64,000 bases of DNA from a virus (lineage: Duplodnaviria > Caudoviricetes), in the IMG/VR virus record IMGVR_UViG_3300017691_000006, positions 1-64,000 of that record; one strand, given 5' to 3'. A program made the position numbers and the translations under genes. Every line of letters begins with the position of its first letter. Position 1 is the stretch's first letter. Under the pieces are notes generated by a model. The model saw only the letters and a program-made list of their open reading frames with translations, searched no databases and was not told the DNA's origin. Shown here in pieces: positions 53,412 to 63,691 of the stretch.

Positions 53412-54316
53412 AGGTCCATCTTGTCGCGGAAGCCGAGCGCGCGAGCCTGACGCAGCTCGTCCTTCGCGCCGTGCGGGAAGTGGCGGGCCTTGAGTATCTT
53501 GCCCTTGTCGCGCGGCCAGTTGTCCCAGATGTCCTGGAGCTGGTCGTGATTGAACTGGCCGGGAGCGACGCTGATCTCTCGGCCGTTGTAGATGCCTCGG
53601 AACTTGCCTACGGTACCCATCGGCACGAGGCCTTCCTTGGCGGTGGAACGCTTGGCTTGCCCGAGTGCGCCGCGCTCCTGCACGTTGCTGTTGTGCATGC
53701 GCTCGATGAGACCGCTGAGCTCGACCTCGACGTCCTCCTCACGCTTGAGCTTGAAGACGATGCCCTGGTTCACCGTGCCGCGACCCTGCTTGTAGGGAGA
53801 CAGCGGGTTGCTCAGCATCACGCCCTCGAAGCCCTGCTCCAGGAACTCGGCCTCGGCGGCGAGCAGGTCGTCCATGTTGTAGACCGGCTGGTGCTGGACC
53901 AGCTCGGCACCCTTCGGCAGCTCCAACATACCCAGCGCCTCCAGTCGGCGGAAGTACTCCTTGCCGATGAAGTCCGGGTGGAAGTAGTCGAAGATGTGAA
54001 AGCCGAGGTCACCGGGGTTGCTGAACGCCATGACGTGCGACTGCGTCAGGTTGTAGACGTCGGGCGCTGCGGCGGGGCCAGCCACGGCCTCGCCGTCGCA
54101 GTAGGCCAGGTGTCCGAACTCGCCCTGCAGCTGGTAGCTGCGGAGCGGGTCGCCCTTGCGGGACAGGCAGAGACCCTCCTGGACCATACAGCGGATGCCG
54201 TCGATCTTGGGGCTGAGCAGCCAGCCAGCCTCCTTGAACCCCTTCTCGACCCGCTCGAAGTACGCGGGGTTGCCGTTGGGGCTGAAAGTCGGGGCGAGTT
54301 GGGGCTTGATCAGCAT
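53408..54316 (-). CDS. ATP-dependent DNA ligase
   Basis: KIDGIR (motif I), DGE, FHIFD, EGVML, FKLK. Confidence 0.95.
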   Translation of the reverse strand: MLIKPQLAPTFSPNGNPAYFERVEKGFKEAGWLLSPKIDGIRCMVQEGLCLSRKGDPLRSYQLQGEFGHLAYCDGEAVAGPAAAPDVYNLTQSHVMAFSNPGDLGFHIFDYFHPDFIGKEYFRRLEALGMLELPKGAELVQHQPVYNMDDLLAAEAEFLEQGFEGVMLSNPLSPYKQGRGTVNQGIVFKLKREEDVEVELSGLIERMHNSNVQERGALGQAKRSTAKEGLVPMGTVGKFRGIYNGREISVAPGQFNHDQLQDIWDNWPRDKGKILKARHFPHGAKDELRQARALGFRDKMDL

Positions 54317-55114
54317 CAGGTGCGATCCTTCGCGTCGCCTGCGGTGGTGCCCATCATGAAGGCGTCGTTGCCCCGCTTGAGGGCGCTCTGCAGCTCCAAG
54401 AAGCCGCTCTCGTAGTTGGTGTAGGTCTTGCCGACGTACTCCTGATAGAAGTGGTCGAAGGCGAAGACGACGAACACGCGCGAGTCCACCGTGAATCGAC
54501 TGTACATGAGCAGCGGCCGACTGACGTTCGATACCAGCGGAAGCTTGGCTAACCAGCGGCGCATGTCGAGTGCGCTGAGGAACTCGCGCAGCAGGAGCTT
54601 GTAGCCCCGGTTGTGGTGGTAAACCGCTGCGTAGGCCGGCTTGTTCGGGGACTTGTAGTGGGTGGCTGCCCAGCGCTTCTTGGCCGGCTGCTCCGCCGCG
54701 AGGGTGTTCATCTGCTCTTCAACTTGAGCTTCGGTAGGTACGGTCTTGGCTTGCATCACTTGATCTCCCGAATCATCTTGACGTTGCACTCCTTGTACAT
54801 CGCCTGTCGTTTCTGTAGTGTCTTGAAGTAGCGGCGGTAGCGCTGTCGCATGTTACGGCACCGCCAGTGGAAGGGTGCCGTGCCCGCGCTCGCTTGTCCG
54901 TCGGGCCACTCCATGAAGATCATCAGCCCGGACGAGAACTCTTCGTCCGAGAAATGCTTGGTGTTGTACTGCTGTGCGCCGACGAAAACCTTGTCGCCGC
55001 ACTCCTTCTGGCGCTTGCCGAACCACTTGGCGTCATTCTTCCGGTCGAAGGGTGTGACCTTGACTTCGCCGGATTTGTCTTTGTGAACGACGTAATATGC
55101 TGACATTGTGCCTC

Positions 55115-55145
55115 AAATAAAAGGGGAGAGGCCTGAGCCCCTCCC
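55115..55145 (-). terminator. Intrinsic terminator
   Basis: GGGAGGGGC-TCAG-GCCTCTCCC-CTTTTATTT. Confidence 0.7.
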
Positions 55146-55509
55146 GGTTAGTCACTTGTTCTTCTGCTGGTGGTCCATCGCCTCGTGCATCATATTCCGC
55201 AGACGCTCGAAGTCCGAGTTGTCGAATCGGATGATGTCGTCGAAGGTCACCGGCTCCCCGTCTACGCGCAGGGCGCGCTGCAGGAAGCGGGCGTTCCGGT
55301 GGTTGCCGGGGTTCGTGGCGATGACCACGTCCTCGTAGGTGAGGCGGTAAAGGATTGCCTCACGACCGTCCCGCAGGTAGATCGCGCCGATGATGTTCAG
55401 GCGCATTGTGTCCAGAGGCGGGAAGAGGCGGTCCAGCAGACTGTCTTTGCTCTTGTGGTACTTGAGCCGTAGGATCGGCCGGTTAGGTGTCTTGTCCATG
55501 CGTGGTCTC

Positions 55510-57432
55510 TCAGCGGACAGGGCAGGCGCCTCCAGCGCACTCGTCGATGCCCTCGAACTCGGCGGAGTCGATGGACGTGATGAGCTGCGTCGTCGCCTGC
55601 AGGTCCAGGTACTGTTGTTCGGTGATCTCCTCGTAGGGAGCCTGGTCGAAGCCGTGGCCACTGTGCAGCAGGAACGAGAGGCTCTTGTGCACGGTGCGGT
55701 AGTTCTTGGCCAGGTACTCCTTGATCTCGGGGAGCTCCTCGAGGCGGTAGTATACGGTACAGCTAACGCTGTTGTCCGACCACACGGTCTGGAGATGTTC
55801 GATCACCTTGAGCTGGTCGATCGCCGTCATGTCCGCGGCCAACCGGGCGTTCTCCGGGTAGGCGTACGGGAAGGTGGCGATCATCGAGCCGTAGTCGTTG
55901 CTCTTGTCGAAGTTGCGCTTGTACTCGACCGGATACCCGTGGTCCTTGATGACCTGGATCAGCGGGTGGTCGGATGCGACGGTAATACGCCGGTACATGA
56001 AGCGGGCGTAGCCTGGGTGACAGCCGGGCAGCACGCCTGGCAGCAACGACAGCGTGCCCGAAGGCTTCACCGTCGTGAGCTTGACGCTTACGTTCCACTT
56101 CTTGATCTGCGAGTAGGCCTCGTCGAACTGGCGCAGGTGGTCGTAGGCCGGGTCGCACCAGCCCATCTGCTCCGGCGTGCACTGTAGCCAGCCGGTGACG
56201 CCGATGCCCATGCGCATGTTCTTGTGCACGATCTCCTGCGTGTCGCGGTTGTGGCACGGCAGCGCGAGCGAGTGCTTGTTGATGCGGTACACGAGCTCCA
56301 GGATGTCGAGGAACTCGTAGTACGACGTCACGTTGGGAAGGAAGATCTCCGCCAAGCAGCACGTCTCCTTGCTGGCGAGCGACTGCTCCGCGCAGGGGTT
56401 GTAGCCCTCGACGTCGGGGTCGGGGTACTCGGTCTCGCCCAGCCGACCGATCTTGCGGCTGAGCTCCAGGTTGATGAGGCCGTACGGCTCGCCCTTGCCC
56501 TCGTAGCCGTCCCAGAAGTAGTCGTGGAGCTCGGAGATGTCCGAGGCCACCACGCTGTTGTTCGAGAGGGCGCGCCACTTCGGGATGTTGCCGAGGTCCC
56601 AGCGCTTGGCCAGGAGGTACTCGACGTCGTCGGGGTCGCCGATCGCGATCTCCGCCGACCGACGCACGTTGCCGGCGACGATGATGTACGCGATGATGTT
56701 CATGATGTCGAGGGCGTCGATCGGCCTGATCTGCTTGCCCGCGCGTCGGATGAGGATCTTGCTGATCTCGGCGATGCCGTAGACCAGGTCCTCGGGTCCG
56801 CTCGCGGTGCCGCCGAAGCCCTTGATCGGCGTGCCCTTGCCACGGACAGCGCCGGTGTAGTACGTGAAGGTGCCCTTGTCCTCGTGGTCGGAGAGGAACG
56901 CGGCCTTGAGGGTCTTGCCCAGGAACTTGACCCAGCCCTCGCGGCTGTCGGGGATGATGAAGTCAGCGCCCGCGTCCTCGACGCGCGTGGGCGCCTTGAA
57001 CCAGGTCTTCACCGTGGGGAGCTTGTCGACGTGCTTCTTCTGGATGTTGAAGCCGACGCCCGAGCCGAGCGCCAGCATGTCCATAGCCCAGCAGAAGGGC
57101 CGGACGGGCTCGTCGACTACGGTGAACGCGCAGTTCTGGAGGCTGGCCAAGCCGAGCTTGCCGACGGTGCCGGTGCCCAGCTGCCACAGGAAGCGGCCAG
57201 CTACCGAGCACTTGAGGCTCAGCATGTAGTAGCGGAGGCGGTCCTCCTCCTCGCGCGTGAAGCCCACCTTGAGCTGTTCTCGGCAAGCGGTGATCACCCG
57301 CTCGACGGTATCGGGAAACTCCTCCGTGCGCCCGGTCTCGTTACCGTTCTCGTCCAGGATGGGACGCGAGTAGGTGCGCTTGTAGGTCAGGTAGCCGACC
57401 GACGACCACGGAGTTTTTACGTCATAGCTCAT
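55510..57432 (-). CDS. nrdJ: Class II (adenosylcobalamin-dependent) ribonucleotide reductase
   Basis: ASLQNC, VAGNVRRSAEI, NPCAEQ...CCLAE, TTVKPSGT, C-terminal CAGGACPVR; no nrdB-like partner in the window. Confidence 0.9.
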   Translation of the reverse strand: MSYDVKTPWSSVGYLTYKRTYSRPILDENGNETGRTEEFPDTVERVITACREQLKVGFTREEEDRLRYYMLSLKCSVAGRFLWQLGTGTVGKLGLASLQNCAFTVVDEPVRPFCWAMDMLALGSGVGFNIQKKHVDKLPTVKTWFKAPTRVEDAGADFIIPDSREGWVKFLGKTLKAAFLSDHEDKGTFTYYTGAVRGKGTPIKGFGGTASGPEDLVYGIAEISKILIRRAGKQIRPIDALDIMNIIAYIIVAGNVRRSAEIAIGDPDDVEYLLAKRWDLGNIPKWRALSNNSVVASDISELHDYFWDGYEGKGEPYGLINLELSRKIGRLGETEYPDPDVEGYNPCAEQSLASKETCCLAEIFLPNVTSYYEFLDILELVYRINKHSLALPCHNRDTQEIVHKNMRMGIGVTGWLQCTPEQMGWCDPAYDHLRQFDEAYSQIKKWNVSVKLTTVKPSGTLSLLPGVLPGCHPGYARFMYRRITVASDHPLIQVIKDHGYPVEYKRNFDKSNDYGSMIATFPYAYPENARLAADMTAIDQLKVIEHLQTVWSDNSVSCTVYYRLEELPEIKEYLAKNYRTVHKSLSFLLHSGHGFDQAPYEEITEQQYLDLQATTQLITSIDSAEFEGIDECAGGACPVR

Positions 57433-57435
57433 ATG

Positions 57436-59166
57436 TTACTTTTTCGCCCAAGTTGATTCAACAGGTCCGAACGACTCTTCCTCGTCGTCCATCGAGTCCA
57501 CGTCAGCTGCGTGGAGACGGCCAGTATCGTGGTCGTAGATCGCGCCCGTAACCCGGCCCGTGAGGCCGGTGGTGCGCGCCTTGAGCACAGCCATCTTGAT
57601 CGTGTTTCTTGCCTTCTCCTCCTTCGCGTTCAGGTTACGTGCGAACGCGATGATGTCGAAGCAGATCTGCTTGATCGAGCCGGAGCCCTTGATGTCGTCC
57701 AGGGTGGGCAGCTTGCCCTCCTCGAACGATACGGCGCCGGAGCCCACCTTACGTAGGTGGCTGACCAGACCGATCCACACCGGGTACCGCTTGACGATAC
57801 TCAGCAGGTCGTTCATGATCTTGTCTTGGGCCTCGTTGCCCTGCAGCTTCTCAACACCCTCCGACACGAGGATGGTGATGTGGTCGATGATGATGTACTT
57901 GCAGCCCATGAGGCACATGTACTCGATCTTGTCGATGATCGAGGTATCGTTCATGCTGCCCTGGTGGTCGAGCATCATGATGCGCTCTGGCTCGTCGTCC
58001 GTGCCGAACAGCTCGTCGAAGCCACGCTCGAGCTCCTCGAACGCCATCTCCTCCTTCGCCGTGTTGCGGCTGAGCTGCATGCCCGACAGGCGTCGAGCCT
58101 CTGCCTCGGGCGACTCCTCCAGCGCACAGATGCCGATCTTGTCCTCGGGCGCTGCGGCGCGCTTGATCTCCAGCACGATCTCGCGCAGGAGGGTGGACTT
58201 GCCGGAGCCGGTGCCCGAGGTCAGCAGCGTGATCTCGCCGAAGCGCATGCCCTTGAGCTTGCTGTTCACGCCCTCCATGCACGCCGGGTAGGGCAGCGCG
58301 GAGACCGAGTTCAGCAGACGCATGCGCTCCTTGAGGACCGCGCGCGTGAGGATGCCGCCGGGGGTGGCGGGCATGGCGTCGAAGATCACCTGCGTGATCG
58401 CCTTGATGCCGGGCACCTCGGTCGAGCGCAGCAGCGTCTCGTTGGCGTCCTTGAAGGTCTGGTGCTTCGCCAGCTTGACCTTGTCGTAGCCGATCATCTT
58501 GGTAGCCTTCTCGGCTGCCTCCCTGCCCGGCTCGTCGTTGTCGAACCAGAGGATGACCTCGCCGAAGGACCTGATCCACTCGCGGTTCATCGCGATGAGT
58601 TTCAGGTTGGCGCTGCTGCCCATCGTGACGACGGGGTAGATCTTGTTCCAGGTCTTGCGGCTGGCGTAGGCCACCGCCATCGCGTCGGGCTCGCCCTCAG
58701 TGATGATCAGCCGCTTGCCGCCGCCGTTGAACTTGTCTTGACCGAACAGCCGCTCCTGGCTGCCGACCTGGAAGAAGTCCTTGTCGTGGACCTTGCGCAC
58801 GTTGTAGGCGTTGTCGCCGTACGGGTAGTAGTGCGTGTCGATGTCGCCCTTGGTGTCGAACGAGACCCTGACCTCGAAGAACTCGGCGATGTCGCGCGGG
58901 ATACCCCGCTCTCGAAAGCCTCGCATCTGGAAGGTCTTGACCTCCTCTACCGTCAGCTTCTTCGCCACCGGAGCGAAGTCATCGTCGTCGTCGCGCACCC
59001 TGGGTTTTACCTCGATTGTACCTGCTGCGTCCACTTGGCGCTTGGTGAAGTTTTCCTTGCACGAGAAGCAGAAGGCGCTCCCGTCCTCGTACAGAGCCAT
59101 CGCGTTCGATGACTTACAGAAGTCTTGATCTAGACAGGGGTTCTTGTACTTGACAATTGTACCCAA
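57436..59166 (-). CDS. DNA primase-helicase (T7 gp4-like)
   Basis: Zn finger C..C/CFSC, TOPRIM ITEGEPDAM and FDND, Walker A GTGSGKST, IDHI, SHLRK, GSGSIKQ. Confidence 0.95.
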   Translation of the reverse strand: MGTIVKYKNPCLDQDFCKSSNAMALYEDGSAFCFSCKENFTKRQVDAAGTIEVKPRVRDDDDDFAPVAKKLTVEEVKTFQMRGFRERGIPRDIAEFFEVRVSFDTKGDIDTHYYPYGDNAYNVRKVHDKDFFQVGSQERLFGQDKFNGGGKRLIITEGEPDAMAVAYASRKTWNKIYPVVTMGSSANLKLIAMNREWIRSFGEVILWFDNDEPGREAAEKATKMIGYDKVKLAKHQTFKDANETLLRSTEVPGIKAITQVIFDAMPATPGGILTRAVLKERMRLLNSVSALPYPACMEGVNSKLKGMRFGEITLLTSGTGSGKSTLLREIVLEIKRAAAPEDKIGICALEESPEAEARRLSGMQLSRNTAKEEMAFEELERGFDELFGTDDEPERIMMLDHQGSMNDTSIIDKIEYMCLMGCKYIIIDHITILVSEGVEKLQGNEAQDKIMNDLLSIVKRYPVWIGLVSHLRKVGSGAVSFEEGKLPTLDDIKGSGSIKQICFDIIAFARNLNAKEEKARNTIKMAVLKARTTGLTGRVTGAIYDHDTGRLHAADVDSMDDEEESFGPVESTWAKK

Positions 59167-59167
59167 G

Positions 59168-59665
59168 TTACTCTTCGAAGGTTTCCATGTTCATAACGCG
59201 CTCCAGTCTGTCTTTGTGTCTGTCGGTCACGTCCTCGCTGACGTTCCACGTGACCTCTTCGATTCGCTTGTTGTACCAGGTCTCGCCGAACGGAGCCTTG
59301 ACCTGCACGAGGCCCCAGGTCTCCGCCCAGCCAACCGCCCCCTTGAACCTGTATTGCTCGAGAACGATCGCGTCGAACTCGCTCCAGGGGCGGTGCTGCA
59401 GGATGGTCTTGATCGTGTTGCTGGAGCTCTTGTACGTCTTCCAGTCGCTCTCCTTGAAGCCCGCACCCGTGGTGAAGAACTTCTTGCCCATGTAGAAGCG
59501 CCCCAGGACGTTGTCCCTGAGCACGTACACGAAGCCGGAGTGCTTGCCTCCCAGCTGTTCCGGGAAGGACCAGTGACCGTTAGGCCGGAGGTGCGCCGGG
59601 AGCCGCGCCGCGTTTCCGCCTGTTGCGGCGCCCAGGTCGATCGACGCTGCGCTTATCGTTACCAT
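59168..59665 (-). CDS. GIY-YIG-like endonuclease
   Basis: GFVYVL....GRFYMGKK...SDWKTYKSSS. Confidence 0.7.
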   Translation of the reverse strand: MVTISAASIDLGAATGGNAARLPAHLRPNGHWSFPEQLGGKHSGFVYVLRDNVLGRFYMGKKFFTTGAGFKESDWKTYKSSSNTIKTILQHRPWSEFDAIVLEQYRFKGAVGWAETWGLVQVKAPFGETWYNKRIEEVTWNVSEDVTDRHKDRLERVMNMETFEE

Positions 59666-59849
59666 TGTTCCACCTGTGTACGAGGGCCTCGGCGCAGCGC
59701 GCCCTCGACTGTGGTGTCGATCCCGCGTCCACCGGCCCGAACATGAAGAGCGAGCAGCTGGTACAGGATATGTACGGCGCACCAGACGCCGTGCGGCCGG
59801 TTGTGATTGTATCGCGGTTACATACGCGACAGTTTCTTAGGTTGAGCAA
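59580..59849 (-). CDS. Zinc-ribbon protein (Lar-like)
   Basis: TTG start; CRVC...CTSC...EALVHRWN. Confidence 0.4.
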   Translation of the reverse strand: MLNLRNCRVCNRDTITTGRTASGAPYISCTSCSLFMFGPVDAGSTPQSRARCAEALVHRWNNGNDKRSVDRPGRRNRRKRGAAPGAPPA

Positions 59850-60682
59850 GCCAGTATCTCCTGCGCGATGGGCCAATCTTCGAGGTCGAACCAGTCGTTC
59901 TCGTGGCGCATGATGTGGATCAACTTGCCGTTCGCCAGCAGCTGGTTGTGCCACTGATCCTGGTAGTGCCGTATGTACATGTCGACCACGGCGTACTGGT
60001 ACTCTTCTACGGTCGTGCAAGCGGCCAGCGCCTTCTGCGCCTTGACGGGACCGATGCCGACGATGCCAGGGATGTTGTCGATCTGGTCGCCCTGGATCAG
60101 CTGCTCGTAGTACAGCCGGAGCGCCGCCGCCTCGTCGACGTCGGTGAACTCCTCCTTCTTGATGTTGTAGTGCTTGCCGGGGATACACAGCAGGTCCTTG
60201 TCGATGGACGCCACCACGTACTCCTGGCCGCACGCCCTCGCCTCGTTCGCCCAGATGCGGATGAGGTCGTCTGCCTCGCAGCCGACTGAGGGGATGGCCA
60301 AGCCACCTTTCACGGCGAGCTGCCTGATGGTCGGAACCAGCTGGGACATCTCGCTCGGCTTGTAGGCTCGGCTCTTCTGCTGCTTGTACATGGGGTACAT
60401 CTTGGCCCGGAAGTTGCCCGGACCCTGCACCGCCATGACGTACTCGTCGCAGAAACAGGCATCCACGAGGTCCGGCAGCTTCCTCTCGAAGCGCTGCCAG
60501 GTCTGCATCAGATACTCTGCGTTTTCCTCTTGGGTGTAGGTCTTGACGCGGGGTGTCGCCTTGCCCGTTTCCGGGTCGATGTCGAACACCCTCTGTCCAT
60601 GTGCATCGACGTTGTACTCCCAGCGGGGCTCGAACGAGCGGTACGCCAGGACGTCACCGTCGATAATGCACAGTCTGCTCAC
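59837..60682 (-). CDS. 5'-3' exonuclease / RNase H (T7 gp6-like)
   Basis: IIDGD, NFR..MYPMYKQ, EADDLI, SIDKDL, GDQIDNIPGIVGIG. Confidence 0.92.
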   Translation of the reverse strand: MSRLCIIDGDVLAYRSFEPRWEYNVDAHGQRVFDIDPETGKATPRVKTYTQEENAEYLMQTWQRFERKLPDLVDACFCDEYVMAVQGPGNFRAKMYPMYKQQKSRAYKPSEMSQLVPTIRQLAVKGGLAIPSVGCEADDLIRIWANEARACGQEYVVASIDKDLLCIPGKHYNIKKEEFTDVDEAAALRLYYEQLIQGDQIDNIPGIVGIGPVKAQKALAACTTVEEYQYAVVDMYIRHYQDQWHNQLLANGKLIHIMRHENDWFDLEDWPIAQEILACST

Positions 60683-61005
60683 GCGGGGCTGAGGTCGTCG
60701 TCGTCGAATGCCCGCACGATGGCCCATATCACGCCGATGGCCAATGCCATCAGCAGCAGCTGTTGTTCAGGCGTCATAGGATTACCCTTATCTCTCTGAG
60801 GCCGAGGCGCTGGGCGAGCTCCTGCACCACGGCGATGTCTTCCATTTGGTGGTAGTCGTTGATGTAGAACACCCGCGCGCCGGGACGGTTCACACCCCGC
60901 ATCTGTCTGCCGGAGTAGATGTGCCGTGCGTTGCGCGGGTCCATGTTGAACACCTGCAGGAACGATTGGTAGAGGTGGCGGTTGCGAGCCACCACGTAGA
61001 ACAGC

Positions 61006-62988
61006 TCAGTGGATGTCATACCATGATCTTCCGAGTTTCGCCTCACCACCGTCCATGATGGTGACGCCGAACATCGCCGGGCCGTCCTTGAAGCACTGGC
61101 GACCGATCTTGCCGGCCTCCTCAGCGAACTCGTCCGGGACCATGAAGTCCAACTCGTCGTGCATGAACACGCAGGGGATGTATGGGATGCCAGCCGCCTC
61201 CAGCCGCTCCATCAGGAGCATGCAGGCTGCCGAGCACGTGATCTTCTCGCAGGACTGCAGCAGGTACACCAGCAGCTTGTGGAAGCTGTCGACGTACACC
61301 CTGTTGCCCGCGAGAGAGGGTATCCAGCCCTCGCCGTACTTCTTCGAGGCACCGTAGAGGTTCTCGAGCTTGTCCATCAGCGCCTTGAAACCGGGCACCG
61401 ACTTCGTGAAGCCGTTCTTGAGCTTGTTGCCGTTGGCCGCGTCCTGCGCGCTGAACACGTAGGACCACAGCTTCTTGCCGGAGGCGCCGAACAGGAACGC
61501 GTAGAGGATGCGCTTAGCCGCCGCGCGCTTCACAGCCGCCAGCGCCTTCTTCGCACCCTCGGAGCCGCCCCTGAGGTACTCCTCCTTGGAGCCGTAGTTG
61601 CTCCAGAGCTTCTCGTCGACCTGAGCCTTCCCGGTCTTGATGATGTAGGCGTCCCACGACGTGCCCATGGCGGTCAACACCTTGTCCAGCAGTTGGCCGT
61701 TGAAGGTGTGGATGTCGCCGTTGATAAGCGTGTCGGTGAACGCCGCGTTGTCCAGGAAGTGAGCTAGGCCGCGCGCCTGGTTGGACGCGGAGTCGCAGCC
61801 GATCAGGGTCCAGCCCGGCAGGGTGCCGAAGAGCTCGCGCATCTCCTTGCCGTACTTGGAGTCGCCCGAAGGGACGTTCACGATGATGCTGTGTGTGGCG
61901 CGCATGGACGGCGTGCCGATCGTCTTGCAGGTGCCGTGCAGCAGCCCCTTGTCGTCCGTGGCCTCGATCCAGCCCTTGAGGACGCCGTAGCGGCTGCCTG
62001 CGGTGAGGTAGTCCTTGTACAGCTTGCCGTCGCCGCCCAGGAACTCCAGGGAGTCCTCGGTGATCTTCGGCGACGTCTCGCGCTTCTTCTTCGTCTCGGG
62101 GTCCCAGACCGAGTTGTACTCGGTGGGCTCCCATCCGTTCCGGAACAGGAACGTCTTCACGTCGTCGCTTGAGGAGAGCTTTAGCGGCTTCACCTCGACC
62201 CGGTGGAACGGACCCGCGACGGGTCGCTCCTCCAGGCCCGCGAGCGGGTCCACACCGAACCAGTTGGCGGTGTGGGAGTCGTACAGCCCGCTCTTGACCC
62301 ACTTGGGATTCTTCGCGACGTACTCGCCCTTCTCCCTGTCCTTGTGCACCACCTTGTAGCCGAGCCTGTGCTCGAGCTCGTCCGTCACCGACGCGAGCTC
62401 CGCCTCCAGCACGACCTTGAGCTGCTCAGCCTTGTCCAGGTTGAACGGCCAGCCGTGCTCGAAGGCCATGCGGCACCACCTTGCCACCGCGTGCTCGCAG
62501 CGCATGTAGTCCCGCATCAGCGGGTTCTTGCCGATCAGGGACTTGAACTCCAGCACGAGCTCCTCGTACACGAGGGCGGTCAGACGCACGTCCTGCAAGC
62601 AGTAGTGCTTCATCTCCTCCGAGTACTTCGAGAAGTCGTGGAAGTCGCCCTTGGGGTAGTTGAGGTGTCTGCCCCAGGCCGCGAGACCGTGACCCTGGTC
62701 GCCGAAGCGACGGTAGTCCAGCACGCGGCTCATGATGATCGTGTCGTGGATGGTGCACGTCTTCGGGGCCTCCCACCCGAAGAGCTTCTTGAGGACGTAG
62801 AGGTCGTAGTCCATGATGTTGTGGCCTACGAGCAGGGTCGCCTGGTTGAAGGTCTCCTGCCAAGACAGGTCGCCCTCCAGCCAGTAGTACATCTTCTTCT
62901 CGTCGATGTTCCACGCCGCCAGGATCCACATGCGGGATACCTTGCGGTGCAGATCATCGCCTTCGATGTCGAATACCCAGCGGCTCAA
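61006..62988 (-). CDS. Family A DNA polymerase with 3'-5' exonuclease domain
   Basis: Exo FDIEGD, GHNIMDYD, YCLQD; pol motif A GCDSASNQARGL, B AKRILYAFLFG, C MHDEL. Confidence 0.95.
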   Translation of the reverse strand: MSRWVFDIEGDDLHRKVSRMWILAAWNIDEKKMYYWLEGDLSWQETFNQATLLVGHNIMDYDLYVLKKLFGWEAPKTCTIHDTIIMSRVLDYRRFGDQGHGLAAWGRHLNYPKGDFHDFSKYSEEMKHYCLQDVRLTALVYEELVLEFKSLIGKNPLMRDYMRCEHAVARWCRMAFEHGWPFNLDKAEQLKVVLEAELASVTDELEHRLGYKVVHKDREKGEYVAKNPKWVKSGLYDSHTANWFGVDPLAGLEERPVAGPFHRVEVKPLKLSSSDDVKTFLFRNGWEPTEYNSVWDPETKKKRETSPKITEDSLEFLGGDGKLYKDYLTAGSRYGVLKGWIEATDDKGLLHGTCKTIGTPSMRATHSIIVNVPSGDSKYGKEMRELFGTLPGWTLIGCDSASNQARGLAHFLDNAAFTDTLINGDIHTFNGQLLDKVLTAMGTSWDAYIIKTGKAQVDEKLWSNYGSKEEYLRGGSEGAKKALAAVKRAAAKRILYAFLFGASGKKLWSYVFSAQDAANGNKLKNGFTKSVPGFKALMDKLENLYGASKKYGEGWIPSLAGNRVYVDSFHKLLVYLLQSCEKITCSAACMLLMERLEAAGIPYIPCVFMHDELDFMVPDEFAEEAGKIGRQCFKDGPAMFGVTIMDGGEAKLGRSWYDIH

Positions 62989-62991
62989 GGA

Positions 62992-63612
62992 TCAGCGCGC
63001 CAGGATAGCGTCGACGTCGGCGGTGCGGATCGGCTGGTAGCCGTTCTTGGCGAACGCCGTGGCGAACTTGACGTACCAGAGGTACTTCACCTGCTCCTGC
63101 AGCTCGTCGTCCTTGCGGCCGAGTCGCGACTGGTAGCGGCTAGCCAGCAGCATGATCGCGTGGTAGAAGGCCTTGGGGTTGGCCCGCCAGAACGGCTCCA
63201 GCTGGTTCGCCTCCAGCCACTCCAGGCTGACGCCCAGACCCTCCAGGTAGCCCTTGTAGTGGGCGGCGCTGCCCTGGTTGCTGTACGCCGCCTCCATGAA
63301 GTCGGTCCGGATCGTCTCGTCCATCTCAAGAGGCGGAAGGGCGAGACCCGCCTCGGAAGCTGCTTCTGCCTCGTCGTCATTCGCGAGCGAGTAGTCGGGC
63401 ACGACCGGGCTGAAGCGGTCGAAGGACGTGCGCCAGGTGGCGAACTCGTCGTGCGTGTTGAAGGTTCGCGCGTAGCGTCCGTCGTCGAACAGGTCGTAGA
63501 CGCACGCGACGTCGCCGCGCTCGATGAAGTCGGACTCGTAGATTTGCTCGATAGGTACGGGCTGCCCCGAACCGACCTCGGTGTTTGCTGCGCGATATTG
63601 GAAGCTGAACAT
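62992..63612 (-). CDS. Protein with DUF3310-like C-terminal domain
   Basis: AAHYK...LEWLE...RY.SRLGRKD...KYLWY. Confidence 0.55.
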   Translation of the reverse strand: MFSFQYRAANTEVGSGQPVPIEQIYESDFIERGDVACVYDLFDDGRYARTFNTHDEFATWRTSFDRFSPVVPDYSLANDDEAEAASEAGLALPPLEMDETIRTDFMEAAYSNQGSAAHYKGYLEGLGVSLEWLEANQLEPFWRANPKAFYHAIMLLASRYQSRLGRKDDELQEQVKYLWYVKFATAFAKNGYQPIRTADVDAILAR

Positions 63613-63628
63613 CTTTATTCCCCGAAGC

Positions 63629-63668
63629 GTTTAAAGGGCACCTCTCGTAACGCTTTGAGAGGTGCCCT
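63629..63668 (-). terminator. Intrinsic terminator-like hairpin after ssb
   Basis: AGGGCACCTCTC-N10-GAGAGGTGCCCT-TTAAAC. Confidence 0.7.
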
Positions 63669-63691
63669 GTTGAATCAGTTGATGGTTGAGA

